From the NCBI GenBank assembly GCA_013239625.1, contig MU053652.1:1178001-1242000 (forward strand): a stretch of DNA of 64,000 nucleotides. The letters run 5' to 3'. This document shows positions 36,133-49,517 of this stretch, one piece after another (the stretch's first letter is position 1; each line of letters starts with the position of its first letter). The notes under the pieces were generated by a model, which was not told the origin of the DNA, made no database searches, and worked only from the letters and a program-made list of their open reading frames with translations. Origin of the DNA: Lama guanicoe. Lineage: Eukaryota. Position numbers and translations under genes: made by a program.

Positions 36133-38929
36133 AATCTGTTTTGGTGTTTGGGAGAAATTATTTCTTATTAAACCCTTCACTTCCTTAATTTCAAAATGGA
36201 ATCTCTGTGAATTATTGTAAGTTAATTTAGAGTGAATAACTTTTAAGTCCTTTTCTCATTTTCTTTGAATATAAAAACGATATGGCCTTATTGAACTGTT
36301 TATTCGTTGCCAATTCTGATCTTGTCACCTATGAAGCATATGGTTTTAACTGGCCAAGAGCTATCTGATGTAGATAGTTTTAATAGGAAGTGTGTTGGCC
36401 CGAAGTAAATCTATGCTTGGGAAATTGTTCTCTTAAAGGCATTAGTTTGAAAATGTCTGTGAATGCTCAATACATTTGAATAGTTTGGGTAGATGGGCAT
36501 CACTCCATATCTGTGTGTGTTCTTGTGCTATCATAACTGAGCTGGGGTCTTCAGACTGTAATTTGTACCCACTTTCCATTTCTGGTGGATTGCTAATGGA
36601 GTCCTCTTCCTTGTACGACATATCTGTATGTCTAACAGAGAGTATGTTTTGTACGGTTTAAGATGCACTGAGTTTTCCAGGAACGCAGCTGCTGTGCAGC
36701 AGTAGCTAGAGGTATTGCATTTGTTGTTTAACATACAAGCTCAAGAGTCAGACTGCTTATTACATCTTCTAGTGTAGATTTGAGCATTTACATAGTAAAA
36801 TGCCATTTTTCATTATAAATTAATTTCTCTTTATTTCTTTTTGAATATTTCACTTAGGGTATTATATTGATTAAAAACCTTGTGTTTGTATTATCTATTT
36901 ATTTGCAGTATGATACAGGGAGTATTAAAATATGTGCTATAAAAGGCAACACTGGGTGAAAGCCACTGGTCTCAACAAGGACCTTTTGTATAGTCCCAGG
37001 TGTTCTAAAGGAGCTACATCCTGAAGCCTTACATAGCACATGGTGTAAATTACACAAATGAAATGCTTCTGAAAGACAAGAAAATTTTCCATCACCTTTC
37101 TCTATATAACACTGGTATGGAGCAAATTTGTGGATCATTAGGAACATAATCATTTTTTTAGAGTTATCTTATTTAGCCTAACTTGACTGTGGATGATTTA
37201 TTTTACTTGTAGAAGAAAGGTTAAGTACATTTTTGCCATTAAATTAAAGAGGATATGGCCTTTGTTCTTAAATTCTTGTGCATAGTCTTGTGACTTTAAA
37301 GATGAAGTCATCCATGATCAGTGAATTCAGTTTCCCCAGTGCTTCACAGAGAATTATTTTTCTCTATTAGAAATAATAACCACTTATGACTACATTGAAA
37401 TAGTGTTTTCTGAACAGTAAGTGGATATTCTTTAGATAAAGGAAAAAATAACAGGGCTGTAGATACAATCTGACTTCAAAAAAAGAGGCTGACCTAATTA
37501 TCACAATGTGAGTGAAAAAAATACAAAGCTCAGGGTATTGCTCTGTAGTTTAATGAAAATTATTGTACCAATATGTATTACGCTGCCTCACAGTTTTAAT
37601 ATATTTGAACTACCATAAATAAAATATGAATTAAACATGGGTGTAAAATCTGAATTGCTTTACTTAAAACTTCCCGGGAGAGGCCATTGTTCTGCGATGG
37701 TTAGCTTGTGGGTTAAATAGGTCCTTTTTGGCATCTCACCAATAATGGGCTATAAATGAAGCCACTGAAGCCCAGAAGTCTGACTATATAGGATCTTCCC
37801 ACTATTTCTACTGCCTTAAATAAGACTCTAGGTTTTTTTTTCCTTCCCCCTTATAAAAAGAACTGTAACGTGGTCAGAACTTTTATTTTCATTCAGAAGT
37901 AGTCTTGAGCTTGGGGTTAATTGACATTTCTGAGGACTGCAGAAAGTTAGGTGGATTAGAATATGGGTTTTATTTTCAGACTTTTGAGTCTTTTGCTTTT
38001 CTTGGGCTTTGATTATGTGCAAAAATAAATTTTAAGTCCCCTTTTGAAAATTGTGTTGGTCAGAGTTTAAAGTACTCATTTTTTTAGTTGAACTTAGGAA
38101 TTTTATTAGTGATTAATGAATTTTTGGATAAAATACAGTTTTTACTGCTACAAAGCACACACTAGTTCATAACAGTAGGAAAAGGGAAGAATGATTTATG
38201 AATTGAAGTATTGGAGTGGTGTTTGACTTTCTGTTTACCAAAGCAAATTATTTAGGCAAGGACATTAGTCTTGGTGGAAGCTTTTTAGCACATGAAAGTA
38301 GGCTTGCCCGCTGTTTCACTGTTATAAAATATATGTTTTAAAAAATGTGCTGTGAACCTTGCTTGTGTCAGTAATTAGGAAAGTAGACTAGAATATGATA
38401 GATAAATGTTAATTGATCTGTGTTACTGTACAACCAGATCTTTATGAGTAATGTATACATTATAGTCTCAAAATTACTTTTGAGCAACAACAACCAGCAT
38501 GCATCAGTCTTTTATAATTTAGTTGCAGATTATTGATTACGACTGCCCTTTGAACACGCACAGATCTCCATTTGTGAAAATCATGTTTTATTTATAATTT
38601 TTCACATTGCTTCTTTTTGTTTCATTTCTAAACTTGGTGAAGAGAGGCCCATAATTGCAGCCTTCTGGTGATCTCCTTCCATTGATTCCTGATGCCCAAA
38701 CAGTCTGCTTTCCATGCACTCCAGGGATGATAGGTAATTGTAAGCCATGCTGCTGGATTTTTCTCCCGTGCCCAGGGTAGACATTAATTCACTGAACCTG
38801 GACTAGACCTCAGTGTCCTACACAGAGCACCCCAGGCCGCTGCTGCCAGCTGATCAGAATTGGCACATGAGATGAAATCTATTTATCGTTTCTGCACGTT
38901 ACCTTGGTTCATTTCTTCCTTTCCATTCC

Positions 38930-39800
38930 ATTTCTTCTTTGTCTCTAATGATGTTCTTCTTTCACTCCCCTCCTTCATCTGATGAATTTTTAAGGCCTAT
39001 TCCTTAGCCTTCTACTATTTTTTCTTTATACTTTTTTTTTTCCAGGAGAATTCACTGAGCTCAGATCTGTAACAACCATTCCCAAATCAGCATTTCCAGC
39101 CAAGTCTCAAATCAAATCTGAATTTCAGGTTCAAATATCTAATTGCCTACAATTCCATGTGGTGATTTTACCATTACTTGCAATTGAATGTGTCTGAAAC
39201 TGTACTCATTATCTTTCTTCCCCCAAAAGCTTCTCCTTCTTTCCTTAATTGACCATCATGGGTATTAATTTTCTGGCATCTGGGTACACCTTTGATTTCT
39301 TTCTGTTTCGTCTCTCAGTCAGTCACAGATGATCAGTTTTTCCCTTGAAAGCCCTTGTATCCTAGACTCCATCATTATGGCCAGTATCCTAGCTGAGGTC
39401 CTCGTCACCTGTGCCAGTGTCTCTTAAACTTGAGCTTCTCATCATCCCAGCTGGTGGGCTCGTTAGCATACAGATTACTGGGCCTCACCCCAGCAGGGTT
39501 TCTGATTTGTAGGTGTAGGGTGGGGCTGAAATATTTGCATCGCTAACAAGTTCCAGGTGATGCTGCCAGGGCGTGGGTGCAGAGAGAATGAGGCTGCATT
39601 TTGAGAACTACTCATTGCTTTAAGCTATCCACCCAATTTCTCTGCAAATCTTTGCCAGAATAAACTTCCCTGTAATAACCTGTTTCATTGCATTATTTTC
39701 ATTTTTTATCAGCTGTTAAGTGATGCCCTATTTCTTAACATTTCTTACCCAAACTCTTGCCTAGTTTCCAAGGCTCCTTATAGTTGAGCATAATTTACCT
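38930..39800 (+). mobile_element. L2 LINE fragment interrupted by MER5A
   Basis: TCTAATTGCCTAC...TGAATGTGTCTGAAACTGTACTCATTATCTTTC. The L2 resumes after about 39610 (TTTCCAAGGCTCCTTATAG). Confidence 0.7.
39415..39611. mobile_element. MER5A (hAT-Charlie MITE)
   Basis: CAGTGTCTCTTAAACTTGAGC...ACAGATTACTGGGCCTCACCCCAG...GTTTCTGATT...GGGTGGGGCTGAAATATTTGCAT...TAACAAGTTCCAGGTGATGCTG...TTTGAGAACTACT. Confidence 0.9.
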
Positions 39801-42800
39801 GAAGCCTGAATTCAGTCCCATCAGGTTCCCATTCAGCACAGCTGTGTGAGGAGAAGGCCGTCGGAGATTTTCCATTTTGGGCTCTCATTTTACAGATGAG
39901 ACAGCCATGGCCTAAAGCAGTGTTGTGTTCGTGAGCAAAATCACAAAAATGAATTGTGGCAAAGCAGTGACTATATGGGAACCCCCTTGATTTCCAACTT
40001 GGTCCTCTTTATAAGCCGTGAGTCCTTACAGAGAAGCCTTTGGATGCGGCCACACTTAGGACTATTGGGGAAAAAAAAAACCAAACCAAACAGGTGTGGG
40101 TGGTTTTGGTACTTCATTTGGGGTTGGAGATTTAATGCTGTTGAATTTATAGTTTTATCCCCAGTGAACAAAATACATCCATTTGTGAAACAAACAAAAA
40201 AATTAAGCTATGCATCAAAAAGCAATATCCAGAGGTAATTATTATTTTTTAATTTAAATTATAGATCTTATTTTCCTAGAGGCTTTGTGGAGGTCTTGCA
40301 ACTATTATTCAGGATATTAAGACATGAAATACTAGGGGTATCTGATTCTCAATACTGGTTTTATGAATTGTCTACTTAAAAATGTGGAAACTGTAGAATT
40401 TGAATGATGAGCTTGTCTGCTGCTATACAGCGTCTGCAGCCGGGTATTGATGTTTGTTTTCACATAGAATGGAATGTAGAGCTGGTTTCCATGAGTGCTT
40501 GTTATGAAGCAAACAATAAAATGGACGTTATTTGCATATTATGCCATTTAAATTAGAAATTTACAAAGGTATAAATCCTGATGGAGCAGTAATAACACAA
40601 AATAAACAGTTAACTTGATGCAGTTAATGTTTAGGTTGCCAAATTCTTTGTAACACGGTGCCTTGTGATCCAGTATTTGTGGTTATGAATGTGCAGTTAA
40701 GGATTTTCATCCTAACATCATCATTAACATTAATGTGTAAGTAGCCTCAGTTACCCTGCCAGGTATCTAGACAGATGGCATTTTTTTGAAGGCAGTCTTA
40801 AGATACATTATCCTTAAGGCTTTAGTAAATGTAATTGTCGGCTGAACATCATCATACTTATACGTGTGTGTGTTTTTAAATCAGGTTTGTCTGCCAACTA
40901 GATGGTGCCACAGATGGATAACAGGCAACTGTTACATGTTTCTTTCTAACCCCTGAGATTTATTCTGGTCATCTTTCAATTCTTCTCCTAATCAAACCCT
41001 GTACCTTTTATAAGATAAGGAGCAGGACAAGATTTATCCTGCAGCCCATGCTGTGAGTCATTTACTTCTAATATACTGTGTGTTGTATTTCATTGATTGC
41101 ATGGATGCTTTCAGTATTATTTTTTAAACAATCAGTGCTCTTTTTGTATTAATGAATTTATTGAAATTGTAAGATTAATGGATATTTCTGTGGAGCTGAA
41201 AATTTAATTTGGCTGTGTCTTACAGTATAGGCTTTGGCTCAGCTGTCTCAATCCTGGCAGAGTCAGTGTTTACCTAAAATCTGCTCCTTGTGTTATGCAA
41301 TTACATACATTAATTTTTTTCTGAGTGTGGATCTTCATAGTTCTCTTTGGCGTTTTTAAGCTAGCAGGTGAAAATGATAGGCTTTATAAAGTTGGACATG
41401 GTATGTTATCAGTAAATGGTAAAACCAGAAAGAGAAATGGAATAAAGGAAAAATCTCAAAGGACCTGACATTTTTGTAAGAGGCAAGCAATAATTTTTAT
41501 TAACTAGCTTATGGAGATTGTGTAAGCAACATTGTAATTGGGGAGGGAATTATAGTGTAAGGATTATGCTAAGAAAATGAAGGAAAGGGGGAAGTCATAG
41601 ATGGAAAAGGTACAAAGGAAATTGGTATGTCCCTTAAGGTCCAGGGAATCTATGTAAGTCTGAAGTCATGGTTTCATTTCCGGTCTTTTGTTTTTTCATA
41701 GATGATGAGGCATTCATAAAGTAATTTCATCTTATGGAGTCATTTCTGTTCACCATCAAGGAACTATCTTAAATATATCATAGTGTTCTGTCCCCTCCAC
41801 CCCTTCCCATTTCTACCCCTTGTTTAACCAGTTTCTGAAAACAGAATTTGGACATTAAGTCATGTAACATAGAAGGCAGGTGAGGTATAATGAATTTATG
41901 CTACGCTTTCTCAGAGGATTAAGACCATGGTAGTCACAGTTCCTACAAGTACTAAGAATCAAGTAATACAAGGTTAGGAGTTTATTATTTGATTCTGAAC
42001 CCAAACTATTAATTAGAAATTAGAGATTAGAATTTCTTAAGAATTTAACTTCTTAGGAATTTAGAATGTGGCTAAGAGGGACAAAAGATTTCTAGGCAGT
42101 CATTGAAGAATAATATTTGGACTAACCAAAACATGTTTGGAATGTTGTTTACTAAAAACAAACAAAAATGTGTTAGGAATCATGAGCTGCTTTTAATATA
42201 AACATTTATTTTCAATAGTAGTTTCAAATAAAAGAATCTAGGGCAGACTTGCTGTAACCAAGTAATTTTAATGCTTGACTTTTTCTCACATGTTTTATGG
42301 TCAGTGTCGTGTCATCTATAACTAATTGACAAAATGCCAGTGTTTGTGGTCATTAAGATACATTTGCCACTGAAAAAATTAAAATGGTTTCTGAGAATAT
42401 TTTACAAAGTACAGTATACAAATATGTGAAGAAGTCATCCTTTTGTCTTAATACATTTTGAAAGGAAAGTGTGTATGTATGTGACAGTGTCAGAACCATA
42501 CTTACTGAGTCTGAACTAGTTTTGCAGATTTCCATGGCAAATCTGATTTATATGGCTTGAAAATTTCTCATTTTTACTTTTTCTCATTTCACAAACTTTG
42601 CCAGTCCCTAAAGATCTGCTTGGAAACTCACTGTGCTAATAGGCAAAGCTGGCCTTTCCCGTGCTTCTCTTAAAGTAGCCCATCCTGAAACACTGACCTT
42701 TTAGTTTAATAACAGTTTTATTTGAGAAAATGTTCAGATCCTGAGAGCTGAAAAGAGTGTTTTCAGAAAGGCCATTTTAAATAGCGGTCTCCAAATGGTA

Positions 42801-44524
42801 TATCTTTTTCCCTTATGCACTTTGGACCAGACCTATCAGAAGAAATGTATTGTTGCTTTCTGTATTTTATTGATTTAAAAACAAATAACATGAAACTTAG
42901 ATTTGCTCAAAACCTATTACCACACTGGTTTATTTTCCTGCCTGGGCTTTGAATTGCTATTTTAGGTTTTAAACTCTTTATGCTAGGTCATGTTTTATCT
43001 TTTGTTATTTTAAATTCTCGATTGTAGCTAAGGTAATTACTTTTTCAGTGGTGACCTTGGACATGAGACCCAAAAGTTGTGTGTAGTTTTGTGTGTTTTT
43101 CTTTTCCAGAAAGAGCTGGGGCATTAGAAAGACAGCTGTGCTTTGGTTCCTTGACTGACCAGAAGTGGTACCAACCAGCCAGTCCCTTGGGCATGTCTTC
43201 TTCAGTGGCCTCAGGGTTTCCCCACCCTTTGCACCTCTGGCGCTTTCCTCCACCCACCTTTCTCCCTCCCCTTGTGGCCTGCCTAGGTGATATTACTATT
43301 ATCTCCATCTGTTTATCACCTCGCCCCACGGCAGGTGGCTTGGCTAACATGAAAGGCAGGAGGAAATAGTGAAGGAAGACAAGCCTGAAGCTACACTTCT
43401 TTCTCTGCAGTCTCTCCTGCATGGCTGCCTTCCCAGCCACCCAGCTGGTCGCCTTTTGGTAATAGCGTCCTTACCGTTCCGTTCCAGGTTTATCACATCA
43501 TCATAAAAAGCTCACTGCTGATTTTGGCTTTCCCCTTGGTAGGAAGCCCCTATATAAGAGGCATAAAATACACTATGATGACATGTTGTATCAGCTCACT
43601 TAGAAAACTGGTCTTGTTGTTTCCTGCTTAGACCAGGTATACCAAGGTCTTACTGAAACCTAGTTTTAATTGAGTACAATTCATTGTGATTGAGAATTTG
43701 ATTGAATTTTGCCCAAGAAAAATTTTACTGTGATAATTTGAAGCAATCCAGGGGGATAGTTGTGATTTTATACACAGCCTGACTGTGTGTTGATCCTAAC
43801 CACGATGTTCAACTTCAGAGTATGGTTTGATCAGGTAGTACCAATTGGTTTAAATACTTGTCTCAGTTTTTACTACTAATAGAGCTACTAGCTGTGAGCA
43901 ACTTGAAAAAACGTGTAGTGTCACATTGTTTTGCTTGTTTATAAGAAGGAGATGAAAATGTGAGAATCATCACCTTGTGGAGTGCATAGGCTAGAACTTC
44001 ATAGCCAGCTGACACCTATGTAACCTACCTGGTCTTGTTTTTGGATGGGGAAACCAAAACTCAGGTAGGTTAGCAGCTTTATCTAAAGTCTAGCTAATAG
44101 AAGAACGAAGACTATCCATATCCAGAGTCTTTGCTGAGCTATTATTGTCTGTAATTTCTCTGCTTGGATTTGTATGGTTTTAAACTTTTAATGCTGAAAA
44201 AAATCTTAAGATTTGCCAAATGCAGGTAATTCTCTGTTCTAGTTTTTTTTTAATTTATTAATTTTTTAATTTTATGTGATCTTTGCAAAGCAGAAACTTG
44301 TCTCTTTCTCATGCTGTAGACTACAAAGCAGTAGAGAGGGCAAACAGCAGTGTAGTATATAGTTCAGAGAGATCCTGGAGAACAACCTTTTGAGAAACTG
44401 CTACTCAAGAGTCTAGTAACTTCCTCAGGGTGCCCCAAATTGTTGATGGCTAAGCTGGGATCAGACCTCAACTAGTGTTTACCCTTTTCTATGATTCCTT
44501 GTTCATTATTCTTATTTACATCGT

Positions 44525-45510
44525 ATTTTTTTAGTAGCTTTATTGAGAGACATTTAAAATATAAACTTCATTCATTTAAAGTGTACAGTTCAGTGTTTTT
44601 TAGTATTTACAGAATTATACAGTCATCTTGCAATCCAATTTCAGAACATTTTTGGTACCCCCAAAGAAATCCTGTACCCTTAGTTGTCATGCTCCATTCC
44701 CTCTGGTGCCGGTCAGCCACTAATCTACTTGCTGTGTCTACAGATTTGCCTTTTCTAGATGTTTCATATCAATGGATGGATACAATATGTGATCTTCTGT
44801 GTCTGATTTCTTTCATTGAGCATGTTTTCAAGGTTCATCCATGTTGTAGCACGTATCAATTCTTCATAACTATTTATGGCTGAATAATATCACACAATGG
44901 CTGTACTACATATTGTCTATCCATTCATCAGTTGATGGGCATTTAGGTTGTCTTCACTTTTGGGATATTATGAATAATGCTGCCATAGATACTCATGTAT
45001 AAGTTTTTATGTAGACATATGTTTTCATTTCTCTTGAATATATATAGTACCTAACAGTGGAAATTGCTGGATCATATGGTAACCCTGTTTAGCATTTTGA
45101 GAAACTGCCAAACTATTTTTATAGTGATCACTTCATTTTGCATCCCACCAGCAATATCTAAAGGTTTCAATTTCTCCACATTCCTACTGATACTTGTTAT
45201 TGTCTATTGATGGTAGTGGGTTTGAATTGGTAAATCATTGTGGTTTCGATTTGCACTTCTCTCATGATGAGTGCTACTGAGCAATTTTTCATGTAATTAT
45301 TGGTCATTTATCTTCTTTAGAGAAATACCTATTGATGTCCTTTGCCCATTTTTAATTTTGTTGTCATCTTATTCTGTTGTGCGATTGTTCCGTTGTAAGA
45401 GTTCTTGGTATATTCTGCATACAAGCCCCTTGTCAGCTATATGATTTGCCAGTATTTTCTCCCATTCTGTGGGTTGTCTTTTCACCTTCTTGATGATGTC
45501 ATTTGATGCT
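44525..45510 (-). mobile_element. L1M (L1MB-like) 3' end, about 1 kb
   Basis: AGCTTTATTGAGA...TTTAAAGTGTACAGTTCAGTG, TTTCAAGGTTCATCCATGTTGTAGCA, AATTGCTGGATCATATGGTAA and TTTTCTCCCATTCTGTGGGTTGTCTTTTCAC. Confidence 0.92.
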
Positions 45511-46593
45511 GTTATTATTTTATGATAGTCTACAATTAAGAGAAAACATCCTTAGGACCTTTCATATATCTTATTTGTTTGTTATTGCCCAGTGTCAGCT
45601 AAATTTTTTGCATATCCTGTTGTAATTCATTTTTTGCATATTGCCTGAGGTAGTGTGCTTATAGTGTCAAGATTATTAAGTAAAGTGCCATTGAAAAGCA
45701 GGGGCAATACTGTCTAGACTCAACCGTTTGAAATACTGGTTAGGTGTTATGTGTATTCCTAGATCTTAAGTGTTTCTTTCTGGTGATGTCTTGATCATAA
45801 TTTTGGGTCGTGGATTTCTAGTGAAGAGAAAATAGTCTCTGCTTATTTCTTATGGAGTGCTCTTAAAGAGTATGTAAAATTTGTCTATTTTATTTGCTAT
45901 CATAGCTGTAAGAATCTTACAAAACATATTGTACAAAATCTTCTAATTGGAAAGACCAGATGTTTCAAATCAAGTCACCAGGTATTTAGAAGGCTCCAGC
46001 CGTGTTCTCAGCACTGTTCTGTGTCTCTCTCTCCAATTGTTGGCACTTGAATTTGAGTGACATGTTTTTCAAAAAATACGGTTTTAAAATATTTGTAACT
46101 CATAAATTCTCTTTTTTCATAAATCATGGGAAAATGAATGTAATAGAAATGACTTTCTGTAATAAGTGATTTTTCAAAAAAGGTGTAATTGTCAACGTGG
46201 GAATGCTTTGGTGTCGTTTTCCTCTCTAAAGTCCCTTCTTTTTAGCCTCTCCTCCCCCTCTGTGCAATTGTCAGACTTTAATGGTAGGACATCATTTTAA
46301 AGAATTTGTACTTAATAGCTCAGTCCCCATAGGATAGTAAGCAGTTCCTTGAGTTTATTATAACTTTTGGCAGATGTGGAAATTTTTAGGTCATCAGGGA
46401 AGTCTTGATTATATTACTCCTGAAGTGCATGGATTGGTCTTTTCCACATGCTTCAGTAGTTTCAAGGAGACACTGACCAGCTGGCAGAACTTTGTCTGTT
46501 AAGACCTAGTCTCAGCTCTATTTTCCTGAGTATTCTCATGCTTTTGTTTTAAAGAAGTCACTCATTTTATCTTCTCCTCTTTATTGATTTTAG

Positions 46594-46675
46594 TTTCTGA
46601 TGAAGAATTGAAAAGAAGAGTGGCTGAGGAGCTGGCATTGGAGCAGGCCAAGAAAGAATCTGAAAATCAGAAACG
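46594..46675 (+). CDS. CHCHD3: CHCHD3 (MIC19) internal coding exon, 82 nt (exon 3 by homology): (V)SDEELKRRVAEELALEQAKKESENQK(R)
   Basis: Pyrimidine tract plus TTTTAG acceptor ending at 46593 and strong donor ACG|GTGAGT at 46676. Phase 1 in, phase 2 out. The coiled-coil peptide matches recalled MIC19 sequence. Confidence 0.97.
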
Positions 46676-47129
46676 GTGAGTTTCATGGTGTCTGAGATTT
46701 TGGCAGACTTGTCATTATGAAATATGTTTAAAGAGGAATGATTGTAATAAGACTCATTATTTGTGTTTGAACTTCAGAATGTGCTGAACATATGAATATG
46801 TCCATTTTTGGTTTTGTAATGTGCTTGGTAAAGCTCTAGTTACCCCCTTCCCAAACTCAATTGTAAATGACCGTTATATCTCTTGTGTTGTTCTTAGTTG
46901 CATGAATAGCTGAGCCCCATTTTTTCAATATGTGAGAAGTAGTGGTTGAGGATTCTCCAGGCATTTCTCAAGCTAGTTTCTTTTAATGCATGTATTTATG
47001 ATTGAAAGTTATATTGTCTATCATTATTAAGGTTAACATTATTGTAGCTAATAATGAATGTCATATGTTATACAGCATGCCCATGTTAATAAGTGGCATT
47101 CATTAGTCATATGCTCACTTAAAGAAAAT

Positions 47130-47560
47130 CAGACATTACAGTACGTGTAAGGTTGAAAAAACCAAAATCCTCCATAATTCTGTCGTACAGAGATAACCAC
47201 TCTTGAATATTTTATTCCTTTAAATTTTTTTCCTGTGTAATATACATACTTCTATATTATTGTTGTCATTACTGCTGCTTCTAATAACAGCCAAAAGAAT
47301 GTTTATTAAAATGTTTTTGTAATAGAAATCTGGAAGAAATCCAAATGCCCATCATGGGGGACTAGATGCATAAATTATGGTATCCCCCTACAATGGAATA
47401 TCAGACAGTCAAGTAGACCCTTATGTGCAGATTCAAAAAGATGTTGAAAGGTTATAAACTGGAAAAAAGCAACATTCACAATAGCATAGATAATTTTATT
47501 TGGTTAAAGTACAACTTTTTGAAGACTTAAAGCATATATTTATTTATAAATACATGGGGA
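47130..47560. mobile_element. Old L1ME-like fragments
   Basis: TCCATAATTCTGTCGTACAGAGATAACCACT (- strand) and TGGAAGAAATCCAAATGCCCATCATGGGGGACTAGATGCATAAATTATGGTAT...CAATGGAATA (+ strand). Confidence 0.65.
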
Positions 47561-49259
47561 TATGTTTTAATCCAAGATAGAGTCAAGTGCTTCCCATCTG
47601 TGGTATTTCTGAAATTTGCAGATAGCACAAAGCATTATTATTATACGGTTATGTAAATGTCTTTCATGTGCACAGTGACTACCACCAGTAGATGCTGAGC
47701 GTGTATGAGTGTTTTGGATTGCTTAACTAGTTTGCGTGAGAGATCTAAATGTAAAGAATATTTGAATTGGATTCTAGTCTTCACTGGCTATAGGGCCTTC
47801 AGCGTATAATTTAACTTTTTTTGGGCCTTAAATAATTCACCTCTAAAGTGAGAGGTTTGTGAAATTCTCTAATATCTCTTTTCTTTTGATGGAGTGCTAG
47901 GCTAGGCCTGAAATGTCTGGAACAGGACATGAGTTTTAAATTAAGACCACCATTTTCTCAGTAATAGAGAAGGCTCATGGCTAAAAATCAGGATGTAATT
48001 AGTGCAGCTAAAAGGGTCTACGCATATTTCAGTAGTATCCCATGCAGCACTTTATAATTATTTAATTGGGTTAGGTTGATGAAGTATATAATTACATAGT
48101 GAAGTTTAAATATTCAAAAAAATTCAGATTATTTTCATTAAGAAGCAAAGAAAATCAATATGTTATGGTAGAATTCCTTGTCTTTGAAATTTTATTATTT
48201 TTAATTGAATTTTGTTTTAATAAGGATTTTTTTGGGTTAGACTTTCATATTTACCTTGCTTATTATATTTCACATAGGATTTTTTTGTCTTCTTTTCTCC
48301 CCCTATGCTATAGCCTTTTGTTACAATATTTCTCACTGTGCTGGTTTTTTTTTCCCTCCACCGTTAATTTAGCTCCCATTTTCTCTCCCCTGTTCTATGA
48401 AAGGTAGAGGGCAGATGAGAGGAATAAAAGGTGCCAATGAGAGCCAGTTTCATAACATGTGGGCTGGGCTTGGCAGCCTAGCTATAACCTTGGACAGATG
48501 ACTATTGATAAAGAATTTTTCTGTCACCTTTAAGGAGAGCAGAGAGTGGTACAGTCTTTCTGTTGTTTTTTGCTTTTTTAAAAATGTTTTGTTTGAAACC
48601 TTCTTCATGAAAACTTCCAGCTGTCAAATCTTGGCAAAATGTGTGTGTTTATGTATAAGATAGTTCTTAGAAAAGTCAATAGCTATTTTTTTTTCTTGCT
48701 TCCTTTTTTCAACCAGAGAAGAAACTTTAGAAAAAAGCATTAAGGAAGTTTTCTGTGCAGTCTTTCAAACAACTTTTTGGAGAAACAAAGCATTTATACA
48801 TTATTGTATCCGTTGCCCTAATTGAATAAAGCCTTAGAACCAGTTTTAGAAAATGATTCCTTGTGCCATTGTATCATCACTTGTCCACTTGTCCATGCCC
48901 TGCATACTAGGTCTTCTCTTTTCACCCCAAATGCACATATCACTGTCGGTGAGTTCTTAAGCACTTAAGATTGGGACATAGGCACGTGTTCTTTAAAGAA
49001 TCCAGCTTGTACAGAAAGGACTTTGAAAATCATTTTGATTGTGATATTTTTTCTTATAGAATGTTTATCATTTTTAACCTTTTTATTATGGACATTTTAA
49101 AGCACATTCAAAAACGGAGAAGAGTACAGTAAACCCCTATGATCCATGACACTGTTTCAACAGTTCTTTTCCCTTCACTCTACCTGAGTGATATGGGGAA
49201 GCAGTAACATTTTTAATAGGTTGGTGAGCTTCATGGCAGGGAAGTATTCTGAAATATTT

Positions 49260-49517
49260 TCTGTCAGCCTTGCTTAAATAAGGACCTTGCTTCACTTAGG
49301 TTTTTTTGAAAGAAAGACTGGAACTTAACTCTTGGAAAGCAAGGAAATTTTTAGAAGCATATTAGATAGCTCAAAAGAATCAAAAGGAAGACAAGAGAAC
49401 CCCTAGGTAAGGAGGAACTGGGTACTCCTAAAATTTACACAGTGGGAAAGAAGTCATTCCCCCAAAGGAAATCAGGATGGTGTTTCTGTAATGAAGTGGA
49501 ACGGATGGTGGGTGGCT
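49260..49517. mobile_element. ERVL-MaLR LTR fragment (MLT1K/L-like)
   Basis: GATAGCTCAAAAGAATCAAAAGGAAG and GGGAAAGAAGTCATTCCCCCAAAGGAAATCAGG...GGATGGTGGGTGG. Confidence 0.6.

Larger units (their letters stand above)
7645..46593 (+). other. CHCHD3: CHCHD3 intron 2 (38,949 nt, GT-AG, phase 1)
   Basis: Defined by the two flanking exons. The split codon G|TT encodes Val and joins GAS to VSDEEL. Confidence 0.93.

Noticed and set aside
43085..43500. Strong acceptor at 43109 and overlapping 82-131 aa ORFs as an exon
   Set aside because: No convincing donor and no protein-like sequence. The slightly higher GC content explains the open frames.
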